Origin: a virus
Length of the DNA: 40,543 bases
Strand: one strand, 5' to 3'
Virus record (IMG/VR): IMGVR_UViG_3300045988_142036
Span: 1-40,543 of that record
Shown here: positions 17,795-26,046 of the stretch, one piece after another
How the letters are laid out: every line of letters starts with the position of its first letter
Numbering within the stretch: the stretch's first letter is position 1
Translations under genes and position numbers: made by a program
Notes under the pieces: model-generated
Seen by the model: the letters and a program-made list of their open reading frames with translations, nothing else
Databases searched by the model: none
What the model was told of the DNA's origin: nothing

Positions 17795-18145
17795 ATGAAA
17801 AAGTTTAGCATTAAAAACGACGTTATCAATAAGGAGTGGGTTGGTAAAAACTTAGATAAGAGGGATTATGAGATAAAAGGTGATGAAATAGTTATCACTT
17901 ACTTCAATGAGGGGCAAAAGAATGACATTCTGAAGGCTATACCTGAGAAAACCTATGATGTAGTCTTTAATGAAGATAGTAATAGTAACAATAAAGGATT
18001 TGAAAACACATTGGACTATTGCAAAAACTATATATTAGCATTCAATGGGAGTAATCACAGCTACTTTGCTGACTATAAGGGAGGCATTGTGCAGGTAGTG
18101 TGTAATGAGACGGGTGATGTGATGTATGAAGAGGAAGTAAGATAG
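17795..18145 (+). CDS. Hypothetical protein
   Basis: 116-aa ORF, last gene of the island. Confidence 0.6.
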   Translation: MKKFSIKNDVINKEWVGKNLDKRDYEIKGDEIVITYFNEGQKNDILKAIPEKTYDVVFNEDSNSNNKGFENTLDYCKNYILAFNGSNHSYFADYKGGIVQVVCNETGDVMYEEEVR

Positions 18146-18162
18146 GAAAGTATAACAACAAC

Positions 18163-18258
18163 AAAAAAAACAGAAAAGCGTACCATGGTAAGTGGTACGC
18201 TTTTTCTTTTCAATTAATAAACCGCAACCTTCCTAAAATTACATCTTTAGGTTAATAA
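18163..18258 (-). ncRNA. Candidate small RNA of about 95 nt (leftward promoter to bidirectional terminator)
   Basis: A consensus TACCTTTGCA box lies on the minus strand at 18262-18271. No minus-strand ORF follows. The predicted transcript has a 5' hairpin (cctaaa..tttagg) and ends at a terminator hairpin plus U8. Confidence 0.35.
18173..18210. terminator. Bidirectional rho-independent terminator
   Basis: gaaaagcgtacc / ggtacgcttttc stem, with tttttctttt on the plus side and an A8 run (T8 on the minus strand) at 18163-18170. Confidence 0.75.
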
Positions 18259-18261
18259 CAG

Positions 18262-18271
18262 TGCAAAGGTA
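18262..18271 (-). promoter_or_regulatory. Leftward -7 box TACCTTTGCA
   Basis: Plus-strand tgcaaaggta. It matches the extended box shared by the other promoters of this genome. Confidence 0.5.
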
Positions 18272-18285
18272 ACAAATATCCTTAT

Positions 18286-18317
18286 ATAATAGTGCTAATT
18301 ATTGTTAGCACTATTAT
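18286..18317. promoter_or_regulatory. Perfect 13-bp inverted repeat (operator or hairpin) upstream of the head operon
   Basis: ataatagtgctaa-ttattg-ttagcactattat. Confidence 0.5.
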
Positions 18318-18343
18318 AGTCAGGCATTATGTAACTTTGTATC

Positions 18344-19411
18344 ATGGAATTGAAGTTTAGCACATACAATGAAAAGGGTGATGTTAGCCGTGTAGATAGT
18401 GAGAAAGGCATTATCTATGGGGTAGCATTGGCTAATATGGGGTTGAACAAGAATGGTTACTACTTCTCGGAGCGGTTCCTTGGTGAGTTGAAAGACTTTG
18501 GCAACAAGAAAGGAGAGATAAAGGCTCGGTTTGAGCACCCCTCTTTTACAGGCGGTTCGTTTGGCTCTTTCATTGGAAAGTATAAAAATTTTAATGTAAT
18601 AGAGGGGCGGTTGATTGGTGATCTGTACATTGCTGAGATAGCAAGAAAGACAGAGGTAACAGGGAGAGGTATTAGCTTATTTGACTATGTTATTGGAATG
18701 GCTCAGGAGTGTCCTGAAATGTTTGGAAACTCCATATATGTGGAAGCTGATATTGTAGATGAAATCTACAAGGAGGGAGATAAAGAGCTTGTAGGTATGG
18801 GTTTGAGGCTCATAGATTGGGTAGCCTCCGACTTGGTAGATGACCCAGCGGCCACGAATGGGCTTTTTTTCAATAGACAACCTAATAATAATAAAAACAA
18901 ATTGCATATGAATAAAATTGTTAAGGAGCTTTTGGCTTTTATGACGGATTTCAAAAAGAAAGTCAGTGAAGCGAAAGTATTTGATGTGGATTTGACCTTA
19001 GCTAATGGTGATATTATCACTGTGGTTACAGAGGGAGAAAGCCCAGCGGTGGGTGATGAAGTGAAGAAGAAGACCTCGGAGGGTCAGAGTGACGAGAGTG
19101 CCTTGGCTGATGGGGAGTATCTTTTGAAAGATGAAAGCACCCTTGTAGTTGAAGGCGGACGGATTAAGGAAATCCGAGAAAAGCAGGAGGAGACAGAGAA
19201 GATAGATGAGGAGTTTGCTAAGACTGTAACAGACTGCTTGAAGGCAGTAATGGACAAGGTAGAGGGTATCTCTAAGGAGTTTGAGCGAATGAAGAAGACA
19301 GGGAGTAGCTTCTCTTCAGAAGACCCAAGGGGTAAAAGTCAGGAGCCTGCCAATGGCGGCAAGAGACGCTCATTTGAAGAGTTGAAAGAATTATTTAACA
19401 AATTGAAGTAA
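18344..19411 (+). CDS. Prohead protease / scaffold fusion (tentative)
   Basis: It lies immediately upstream of the capsid gene. The N-terminal half resembles the HK97-type protease context, and the C-terminal half is an acidic, coiled-coil scaffold-like region (EKQEETEKIDEEFAK...). Confidence 0.5.
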   Translation: MELKFSTYNEKGDVSRVDSEKGIIYGVALANMGLNKNGYYFSERFLGELKDFGNKKGEIKARFEHPSFTGGSFGSFIGKYKNFNVIEGRLIGDLYIAEIARKTEVTGRGISLFDYVIGMAQECPEMFGNSIYVEADIVDEIYKEGDKELVGMGLRLIDWVASDLVDDPAATNGLFFNRQPNNNKNKLHMNKIVKELLAFMTDFKKKVSEAKVFDVDLTLANGDIITVVTEGESPAVGDEVKKKTSEGQSDESALADGEYLLKDESTLVVEGGRIKEIREKQEETEKIDEEFAKTVTDCLKAVMDKVEGISKEFERMKKTGSSFSSEDPRGKSQEPANGGKRRSFEELKELFNKLK

Positions 19412-19427
19412 GAAAGGAGGAAAGAAT

Positions 19428-20510
19428 ATGGCAACAGCAATAAAAGACTTTATTAAGGAGCCAGCGAGGGTCAAAGAGTACATCAGGGACATTAAGGACT
19501 TGTTGGAGGATCGCTCATTGGGATTAGCTGACATTAAAGAGGCTATGACAGTAGTAGAGAATGTAACAAAGGAGACTGAGTTCGGCTACTACGGACATAC
19601 AGAAGGGGTTACTCGCAAGGATACGGGCTGTGGTATGGCAGCGGTGCCTTTTAGCATTCCTGTACGTACTGGGTGGTGGGATCCTAAGGCATTGAGGGTT
19701 ACCATTAAGCAGTGTTATGCAGACTTTGAAAAGTCTATCCTACAATGGTGCAATGTGAAGGGGATTGATAAGATCCATATAGATGGCGACCAGTTCGTTA
19801 TATTTTTGGCCAGTCAGCTTGAAAAAACCATTAATGCGGATTTTAACAAGTTTGCATTTTTTGGAGACACTCAAGCGAGTAATGTGGGTTCAGGCTCAGG
19901 GAATGAGGAATTGACCGTAGGGGTGGCAAAGGAGAACTATAATGTATTGAATGGGCTATTTGCTTCCTTTCAATCATTCATTACCTCTGACCCAAGTAAG
20001 AGGGTAATCATCAATGAGAATACACAAGCCACTTTTGCAGCTCAGAAGGCGTTGGCTCGTGATACAGCCTTTAAGGCATGTACGGAGCTATTGGATAAGG
20101 CAGACGGTTTGACCTTTGCCACTGGTTCAGAGCCTATCTTCCTAATGACACACTCTATGGCGGTGAACTTGTCTCGTTATCTTAGAAGTGAGTACAAGAA
20201 TGAGGAGACACTCACTAAGATGGAGAGTGGCTATGAGACGATGACCTTTGAGGGCTTTAAGGTGGTTACACACCGCTGGTTTGACCACATCATACAGAGG
20301 GACTTCTCCAATGGTACGAAGTGGCACAATCCTCATCGTATTATTCTGCTTGACAAGTCAGAATGTCAGTTAGGGGTGGATAGTTTGGGTTCGTTGAGTA
20401 ACCTTGATATAGAGTACATCGGAGGAGATGATGAGCATGTATATATCAAGGCGGCTTACAGAATGGACTTTCAGAGGGTAATGCCAACCACAGGCGCAAT
20501 GGCAGTTTAG
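19428..20510 (+). CDS. Major capsid protein (positional)
   Basis: 360 aa, following the protease/scaffold gene. It is preceded by a strong AAGGAGG 7 nt upstream and followed by a strong hairpin. Confidence 0.6.
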   Translation: MATAIKDFIKEPARVKEYIRDIKDLLEDRSLGLADIKEAMTVVENVTKETEFGYYGHTEGVTRKDTGCGMAAVPFSIPVRTGWWDPKALRVTIKQCYADFEKSILQWCNVKGIDKIHIDGDQFVIFLASQLEKTINADFNKFAFFGDTQASNVGSGSGNEELTVGVAKENYNVLNGLFASFQSFITSDPSKRVIINENTQATFAAQKALARDTAFKACTELLDKADGLTFATGSEPIFLMTHSMAVNLSRYLRSEYKNEETLTKMESGYETMTFEGFKVVTHRWFDHIIQRDFSNGTKWHNPHRIILLDKSECQLGVDSLGSLSNLDIEYIGGDDEHVYIKAAYRMDFQRVMPTTGAMAV

Positions 20511-20527
20511 TAGTGACTAATGACAAG
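20511..20527. repeat. AATGACW heptamer array, locus 1 (2 units)
   Basis: agtgact|aatgaca directly after the capsid stop codon. Confidence 0.6.
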
Positions 20528-20557
20528 TATATAGGTGGGCAACTCACCTATATACTT
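20525..20557 (+). terminator. Perfect 13-bp stem hairpin after the capsid gene (attenuator/terminator)
   Basis: aagtatataggtg-ggcaact-cacctatatactt. No clear T-run follows. Confidence 0.5.
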
Positions 20558-20588
20558 GACAAATTAACAAATTAATAAATTAAAGAAA

Positions 20589-21152
20589 ATGGCACAATGT
20601 ATTAATAAGATAGCTAAGGACTTCGGATTTGATTGTGATGACACGATTAAGGGAGTGGAATTGAGCCTTTTGCTCATGAATAGAGATGATATAGACTTGG
20701 GAGCTACTCAGGTGGAGGGTAACCGCATTAAATCATTGGTACTGAAGACAGGAAAGACGGCCTACAAGGTGGAATATGCCAAGGAGAGCCATATATCGGT
20801 GAGTACTAAGCCTGAAATCTCTGATGATGACTTCAACGGGCACAAGCATGCTTTGGTTCTTAATCTGTATGGGAAGAGTCAGGAGGATTACGATCAGATA
20901 GATAAGATAGTAGCAGGTGCATCGGTAGTGGCTGTAGTGCAGAATAAAACCAAATCGCTGGAAAATACCTTTGATGTGTATGGTTTCTATATTGGTTTGG
21001 AGGCTACAGAGGGTGAAGGACGTACGAATGGCGGTGTGTATAAGCTCACATTGGGAACTCCAAACAATCAGAAAGAGCCGAAGACAGCACTTAGATGGTT
21101 GGATACTGACTACGCTACTACTAAGGGCAAGTTTGATAACAAATTGGCTTAG
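20589..21152 (+). CDS. Virion structural protein, paralogue A (tube/neck-like, tentative)
   Basis: It shares QCI..FDC..KG..L(M/I)N..DID..VAVVQ..F(D/E)V(Y/L)G..GL..ATTK..FD with 23464..24054. Confidence 0.6.
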   Translation: MAQCINKIAKDFGFDCDDTIKGVELSLLLMNRDDIDLGATQVEGNRIKSLVLKTGKTAYKVEYAKESHISVSTKPEISDDDFNGHKHALVLNLYGKSQEDYDQIDKIVAGASVVAVVQNKTKSLENTFDVYGFYIGLEATEGEGRTNGGVYKLTLGTPNNQKEPKTALRWLDTDYATTKGKFDNKLA

Positions 21153-21154
21153 AT

Positions 21155-21203
21155 AGTGACTAATGATGAATGACGAATGACTAATAGATGATGACAGATG
21201 ACT
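21155..21203. repeat. AATGACW heptamer array, locus 2 (7 units)
   Basis: agtgact|aatgatg|aatgacg|aatgact|aatagat|gatgaca|gatgact. The ATG of the next gene (21198) lies in the last unit. Confidence 0.8.
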
Positions 21204-21719
21204 GACTTTACAGAAGAAAAATTGAATAACTTGTTGAAAGGAGGTTATGCAAAGGCGGTGGGAGAGGATAAAGAGACTTTCATCGCCTTTTATGCTTATC
21301 TTTTCAATGATAATGCCCCTTGTGCAAGTTGTCCGCAGAAGCTGGCAGGCTACTGGGATAAGTTGGCACGAGAGGGGGGACATAGACTAAGAGAATTACA
21401 ATTAAAAATAGCAGAAATGGCAAAGAAAAAAACAAAAAACACAGACAGCACCCTGCAAGAGGGAGCGTTCAGATTGAGAAGGGATATACACTCCCTTGCT
21501 ATGGACTTTGGTAGTAGTGAGTTCTTCAATAATGATACATTGACTAATGATGTAGCCTTGAGGTACTTATCTATTAACCCTAATAGGATTGCGAACTTTG
21601 AGAAATATCCGAAGGGTTGGGAGCAATTAGTACAGGAGTATGCTAATGCAGAACAAGGCGGAGAAACAGAGCAAGAGGAAACAGAACAAGGCGGAGAAAC
21701 AGAGGAAGTAACTCAATAA
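21198..21719 (+). CDS. Hypothetical late protein with an acidic repeat tail
   Basis: 173 aa. The exact 23-bp repeat cagaacaaggcggagaaacagag occurs at 21650 and 21683 (EQGGETE x2). Confidence 0.6.
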   Translation: MTDFTEEKLNNLLKGGYAKAVGEDKETFIAFYAYLFNDNAPCASCPQKLAGYWDKLAREGGHRLRELQLKIAEMAKKKTKNTDSTLQEGAFRLRRDIHSLAMDFGSSEFFNNDTLTNDVALRYLSINPNRIANFEKYPKGWEQLVQEYANAEQGGETEQEETEQGGETEEVTQ

Positions 21720-21729
21720 TTAGAGAGCA

Positions 21730-22899
21730 ATGGCAAAGGTTACAGCAGTGGAGCTACACAGAGAGAGTAGGAGAACGGAGAGCAATAAGTATAAGGGCTA
21801 TCCGTTCTTGGCCAATGGGGAGAAGAATGACTACCCAACAATGATTGAATTGTTGGTAGGCGGTTCTGCTACAGCGAAGGCTTGTGCTGGTGTGATAGCG
21901 GACTTTATCTATGGGAGAGGGTTTGCCTTAGAGGCTATGGCTCGTGCCGATGCTAAGCAGCGGAGGGAGCGGTTCAAGAAGGATACGCTGTACATCAATG
22001 ACAGAATGGAGACTCCGAATGACTTATTGAAGAAGGTAACCAGGAGTATATCTTACCACAAGGGGGCATTCTTGCATGTGAATTATAATCAGTTGTATCA
22101 AAAGACAAGCGTACAGGTGCTCCCTTATGGCTATTGCCGATTAGGGGCAAAGGATAGTAAGAACTACCGAGGGAAGGTTCTCATATATAACAATTGGGAT
22201 AGCTTGCAGGATAGAAAAGAGATAGACAAGCAGGTAACGGCAATAGATGTGTATGATCCACGTCCTGAGGTGATACAGGCACAGGTAGAGCGGGTAGGAG
22301 GCTGGGAGAACTACAAGGGGCAGGTGTATTTCTTGAACCTTGATAGGAATGATAGCTATCCGTTGGCTTGGGCTGATGTGGTACTATTGGATTGTGAGAG
22401 TGAGATGCTCTCGTCTAAATACACGAGGAACGGATTTAAAAAAGGGTTCTTTGGTACGTATGCCTTTGTCACCTCTCCTATGGGGAGTGAAGAGGAGCGG
22501 GAGGAGTTCAGGGATAACTTGAGGCGCTCGATTGGGGTGGAAGCGGAGCAGAGTGTGTTCCACTTTGAATTGGAGGTCAGAGGAGATAAGCTGGAGGAGC
22601 AGGTATTGGTCAAACCTATAGAGAGTAATGTAAAGGCTGATTTGTTTGAGTATGCCGATAAGAAGACCGCTAATAATATTCGTAAGACGTACGGCAATAT
22701 TCCCCCAGTGCTGATTGATTATGTGGAGGGCAAGTTAGGTAACACATCAGGAGAGAGTCTGAAGGAAGCACGTATATTTATGCAGGAGCAGATGCAGGAG
22801 GAGCGGCAGGACGTACAAGAACTATTTGAGGAGCTGTTTGACAACTTTGTGAGACCTATCTCTAACAATGGGCTGTTTGATATAATGACCAATTACTAA
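21730..22899 (+). CDS. Portal protein (tentative)
   Basis: 389 aa. The N-terminal DYPTMIELLVGGSATAKACAGVIADFIYGRGF resembles the conserved portal N-region pattern. Located in the head module. Confidence 0.5.
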   Translation: MAKVTAVELHRESRRTESNKYKGYPFLANGEKNDYPTMIELLVGGSATAKACAGVIADFIYGRGFALEAMARADAKQRRERFKKDTLYINDRMETPNDLLKKVTRSISYHKGAFLHVNYNQLYQKTSVQVLPYGYCRLGAKDSKNYRGKVLIYNNWDSLQDRKEIDKQVTAIDVYDPRPEVIQAQVERVGGWENYKGQVYFLNLDRNDSYPLAWADVVLLDCESEMLSSKYTRNGFKKGFFGTYAFVTSPMGSEEEREEFRDNLRRSIGVEAEQSVFHFELEVRGDKLEEQVLVKPIESNVKADLFEYADKKTANNIRKTYGNIPPVLIDYVEGKLGNTSGESLKEARIFMQEQMQEERQDVQELFEELFDNFVRPISNNGLFDIMTNY

Positions 22900-22905
22900 A
22901 GACAA

Positions 22906-23430
22906 ATGAGAATACTAATAGATAAGGCAAGTGTAAGCAAGTACTTGAGTGTTTCTGCATTCAGGAAGGTAGAGGACTTTGATAGGTATGCAAGGGAAGC
23001 ACAGGCGTTTGACCTGAAGCCTTTGGTATGCGAGGACTTCTATCAGGACTTGGTGAGTGACACTCCGCAGCGTGATTATACTTTACTTTTGGAAGGAGGT
23101 AGTTATGATTATGAGGGGAGGAAGTATGAGTTTGCGGGCTTAAAGGCAGTACTGGCATACTTTGCCTATGCGAGGTATATCTTTACAGGGCATCAGATAG
23201 ACACGCCATATGGGGTTAGAGGTAAGGTATATCAGGACGGTGAGGGTGTTAGTCAGTCAGAGAGGAGAGACTTGCGGGGGCTTTATGTGCAGAATGCTAA
23301 TGATCTGTGGGAGGACTGCAAGCGATACATTGAGAGGCATAAGCGGCAATTCCCTGAGTGGGAACGATGTCAGCAGGGTCGGTGTGGAGAGCAGGAGCAC
23401 AGGAGCAGGGTAAGGATAACACTTATATAA
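22906..23430 (+). CDS. Head-tail connector-like protein (tentative)
   Basis: 174 aa, positioned after the portal. Resemblance to gp6-like adaptor N-termini is weak. Confidence 0.4.
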   Translation: MRILIDKASVSKYLSVSAFRKVEDFDRYAREAQAFDLKPLVCEDFYQDLVSDTPQRDYTLLLEGGSYDYEGRKYEFAGLKAVLAYFAYARYIFTGHQIDTPYGVRGKVYQDGEGVSQSERRDLRGLYVQNANDLWEDCKRYIERHKRQFPEWERCQQGRCGEQEHRSRVRITLI

Positions 23431-23463
23431 TGACAAATGACAAACTACTAATGATTAATAGAG
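23429..23463. repeat. AATGACW heptamer array, locus 3 (5 units)
   Basis: aatgaca|aatgaca|aactact|aatgatt|aatagag, ending at the ATG at 23464. Confidence 0.75.
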
Positions 23464-24054
23464 ATGCAATGTATAAGGGGACTTAGTGAAGGGATTAGCT
23501 TTGATTGTGGGTATATCCCATTGAAAGGCATCTATAATCAGGTAGTGCTGATTAACTTCACAGACATAGATAGGGCAAAGATAACAAGGAGTGGGGTACT
23601 CTTACATAACTTTCAGCTCAAGGAGGAGAAAAGGGGCTATATGGTGGAGGGATATAGGCAGCACTTCACGGGGAAGGAGCGATACACACCTAACAGATAT
23701 ACACATGAATTGGATTTGCGGGTGTATGATTTCTCTAAGAAGCATATGGACTTATTGGAGGAGTTGCAAAAGGGTACATTTGTGGCGGTGGTACAGACAA
23801 ATGAGCATTCCTTTAACAAGTCAGGGTTTGAGGTATTGGGTTACGACGCAGGGTTAAAACTCACCAGCCTTACAAGGGACTACAAGGATAATATGATAAA
23901 ATTTACATTGAGTAGTGAGGTGAAGGAGGTTAGAGTTTGCTATTATATCAATGATTTGGATTGGGCTACCACAAAGAGAGCCTTTGACAGGGCCTTTGCA
24001 AGGGATAATACATTTAGAATATTTGACGATACATTTGACGATACATTTGAATAA
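23464..24054 (+). CDS. Virion structural protein, paralogue B (tube/neck-like, tentative)
   Basis: Clear motif-level paralogy to 20589..21152. It has a C-terminal DDTFDDTFE repeat. Confidence 0.6.
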   Translation: MQCIRGLSEGISFDCGYIPLKGIYNQVVLINFTDIDRAKITRSGVLLHNFQLKEEKRGYMVEGYRQHFTGKERYTPNRYTHELDLRVYDFSKKHMDLLEELQKGTFVAVVQTNEHSFNKSGFEVLGYDAGLKLTSLTRDYKDNMIKFTLSSEVKEVRVCYYINDLDWATTKRAFDRAFARDNTFRIFDDTFDDTFE

Positions 24055-24057
24055 ACT

Positions 24058-25326
24058 ATGACAGCGATAGACAATATAATCAATCAGATAGAGGGAGAGA
24101 CACAGAATAGGGGTAATACAAAGACACGAATAGCAGCAGTGCTTAGGTTGCTCAGGGATAAGATAGTCAATCTGTTCTCCTCTAAATTGGATAAGGGGAC
24201 TTATTCAGGCAATGCAGGGGACTTATATGGAGCTATAGGGAACAAGGTGAATAAGGTGCCTGGGAAGATGCTATCCACTAATGATTTCACTAATGAGCTA
24301 CGTACCAAGTTAGAGGGATTGCGGAATGTGGATATATCAGGGTTATTGCCCAAGGGAGGTTATACAGGGACAGCTCAGAACCTAAAGGACTTGATAGATA
24401 ATATCATGCGGATCTTGCAAAGTCCTGATACAGAGCTGGACGAACTGCGGGAGATAGTAGCCTATATCAAGCAGAACAAACGCACCTTGGACACCTTGGG
24501 TATATCCAATATAGCGGGCTTGCAGGACGCCCTTAATGGCAAGGCACCCATAGGCCATAACCATGATGATCGCTACTCACGATTGGGGCATACACACCCC
24601 GAATATGCCCTACGTACACATAGGCACCACTGGGATGATATAGATGGGAAGCCAGCATTTAATTATTTACCTTTAACAGGAGGCACTGTAAATGGTAGTA
24701 TAACAGCTGATAGTATTAAGAAGAAAAACTCATCTGATAGTAAAGTACTCTTAGGTGGAGGCGGAGAGAAAGATATATCTGATTTTGATTTTTACAAAGG
24801 TATTATTAATTCAACAGATTTGAATGTTTTTGAATATAGAAATACTGGAAGTTATACTGTAATTAGCGGTGGAGGCGCTGGAATTTTGTTATCTTTCAAA
24901 GCTTGGGGTACTACATCATCATTAGAATTTTATAAGCCAGATTGGTATCCTGCAACAAGAATATGGGTAAGAAACTCTGTTGATGGAAATAGATTTAATG
25001 ATGACAATGGGGATTTTAGGGAAATAGCATGGTTTGATGATGTTAAAAGAGTTGGTGGAAAAATAGGGTTTAATTGGAGTGCTACAAAAAATTGGCAAAA
25101 TGGAGTTATATTTGTTGAAACAAGTTGCAATATAGAATTGAATCAATTGGAAGACATGAGTTCTATTTCTTTTCGTAAAGTATTTGCAGGAGGTAATGTG
25201 ACTTTCACTTGTACTGGTAAGACTATTATATATACCACGGATAACACATTTAATGGAGGAGATGGAAGTACGGCTGTGGCAAGTGTATATGGAAATAAAT
25301 GTTATATTGACATAAGAAATATATGA
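24058..25326 (+). CDS. Tail fibre / receptor-binding protein
   Basis: His-rich GHNHDDRYSRLGHTHPEYALRTHRHHWDDIDGKP segment typical of fibre shafts. The C-terminal part from about 24650 is A+T-rich. Confidence 0.7.
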   Translation: MTAIDNIINQIEGETQNRGNTKTRIAAVLRLLRDKIVNLFSSKLDKGTYSGNAGDLYGAIGNKVNKVPGKMLSTNDFTNELRTKLEGLRNVDISGLLPKGGYTGTAQNLKDLIDNIMRILQSPDTELDELREIVAYIKQNKRTLDTLGISNIAGLQDALNGKAPIGHNHDDRYSRLGHTHPEYALRTHRHHWDDIDGKPAFNYLPLTGGTVNGSITADSIKKKNSSDSKVLLGGGGEKDISDFDFYKGIINSTDLNVFEYRNTGSYTVISGGGAGILLSFKAWGTTSSLEFYKPDWYPATRIWVRNSVDGNRFNDDNGDFREIAWFDDVKRVGGKIGFNWSATKNWQNGVIFVETSCNIELNQLEDMSSISFRKVFAGGNVTFTCTGKTIIYTTDNTFNGGDGSTAVASVYGNKCYIDIRNI

Positions 25327-25586
25327 TGAAAGTAATTAACAAACTCAAAGGGAGTGATAAGCTCCTGCATAGTAAGTATGGGAATATGCTATTTGTAGGC
25401 ATATTCTTGGTAGCAGTGTTATTCCTATCCGTGGGGAAGTCCTTACTTATAGCTGCTATGACATTAGGCATGATAGGGCTGTGCAAGGAGCTATATGACA
25501 AGTATTATAAAAAGACCTTCATAGATTGGTGGGATATAGTGGCGAGCTTTGTGCCTTATCCACTCGTTAAATACATAAACAGATGA
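25323..25586 (+). CDS. Small two-TM membrane protein (holin candidate)
   Basis: Hydrophobic segments MLFVGIFLVAVLFLSV and LLIAAMTLGMIGL. Located near the lysin. Confidence 0.5.
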   Translation: MMKVINKLKGSDKLLHSKYGNMLFVGIFLVAVLFLSVGKSLLIAAMTLGMIGLCKELYDKYYKKTFIDWWDIVASFVPYPLVKYINR

Positions 25587-26041
25587 ATGCGATACAATAT
25601 TTTGATTGGGGAGGGGACAATAATACGCTCTTAGATGAATTTACGATAAGGAACGTCTTTTTAAGTTATGATGCGTCAAACGGCGTAAATTTGTTTTTTC
25701 ATAATGATGTTTATGGGAAAAATTTTTACACAAATAGTCCCAATATCAGTGTTAATTATAAAGAAACGAGTACTGATTGGTTTTTACAAAATTACACTAA
25801 AGGAAATAATAGGCCTGCTATTATGATAGAGTTCAAATATGCAAACACAGTTATTTTTTTTGAAAAGATCTCAACAAATGAGCTTTCATTTGTAAAAATG
25901 TCAGATACAATTTACTTAAGTTTTTCAGACAGGCAAAAACAGTTATTATTAAATGGTGACATTGTCACAGAGAATATTGTTTTAAGAAGCAGCAAAACTC
26001 ACAAGACACAAAGGTTCAAAATAACAGCAATTAATAGATAA
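25583..26041 (+). CDS. Hypothetical protein (A+T-rich cassette)
   Basis: 152-aa ORF, visibly A+T-rich like the fibre C-terminus. Confidence 0.55.
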   Translation: MNAIQYFDWGGDNNTLLDEFTIRNVFLSYDASNGVNLFFHNDVYGKNFYTNSPNISVNYKETSTDWFLQNYTKGNNRPAIMIEFKYANTVIFFEKISTNELSFVKMSDTIYLSFSDRQKQLLLNGDIVTENIVLRSSKTHKTQRFKITAINR

Positions 26042-26046
26042 AACAC

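Noticed and set aside
13888-18298. 9-bp direct repeat TAGTGCTAA (13888 and 18290) as att-like boundaries of the integrase island
   Set aside because: A 9-mer match between two spacers of about 250 bp is expected by chance at appreciable frequency. The right copy is simply one arm of the 13-bp palindrome.
20733-21383. 216-aa minus-strand ORF overlapping two late genes
   Set aside because: It has Cys/Ser/Ile-rich composition and no promoter or coupling context. The plus-strand genes have a paralogue and an operon context.
23576-23583. Minus-strand TATCTTTG box inside the coding sequence of 23464..24054
   Set aside because: It lies within a well-supported gene, with no downstream minus-strand ORF or terminator. 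It is probably a chance match to the 8-mer.
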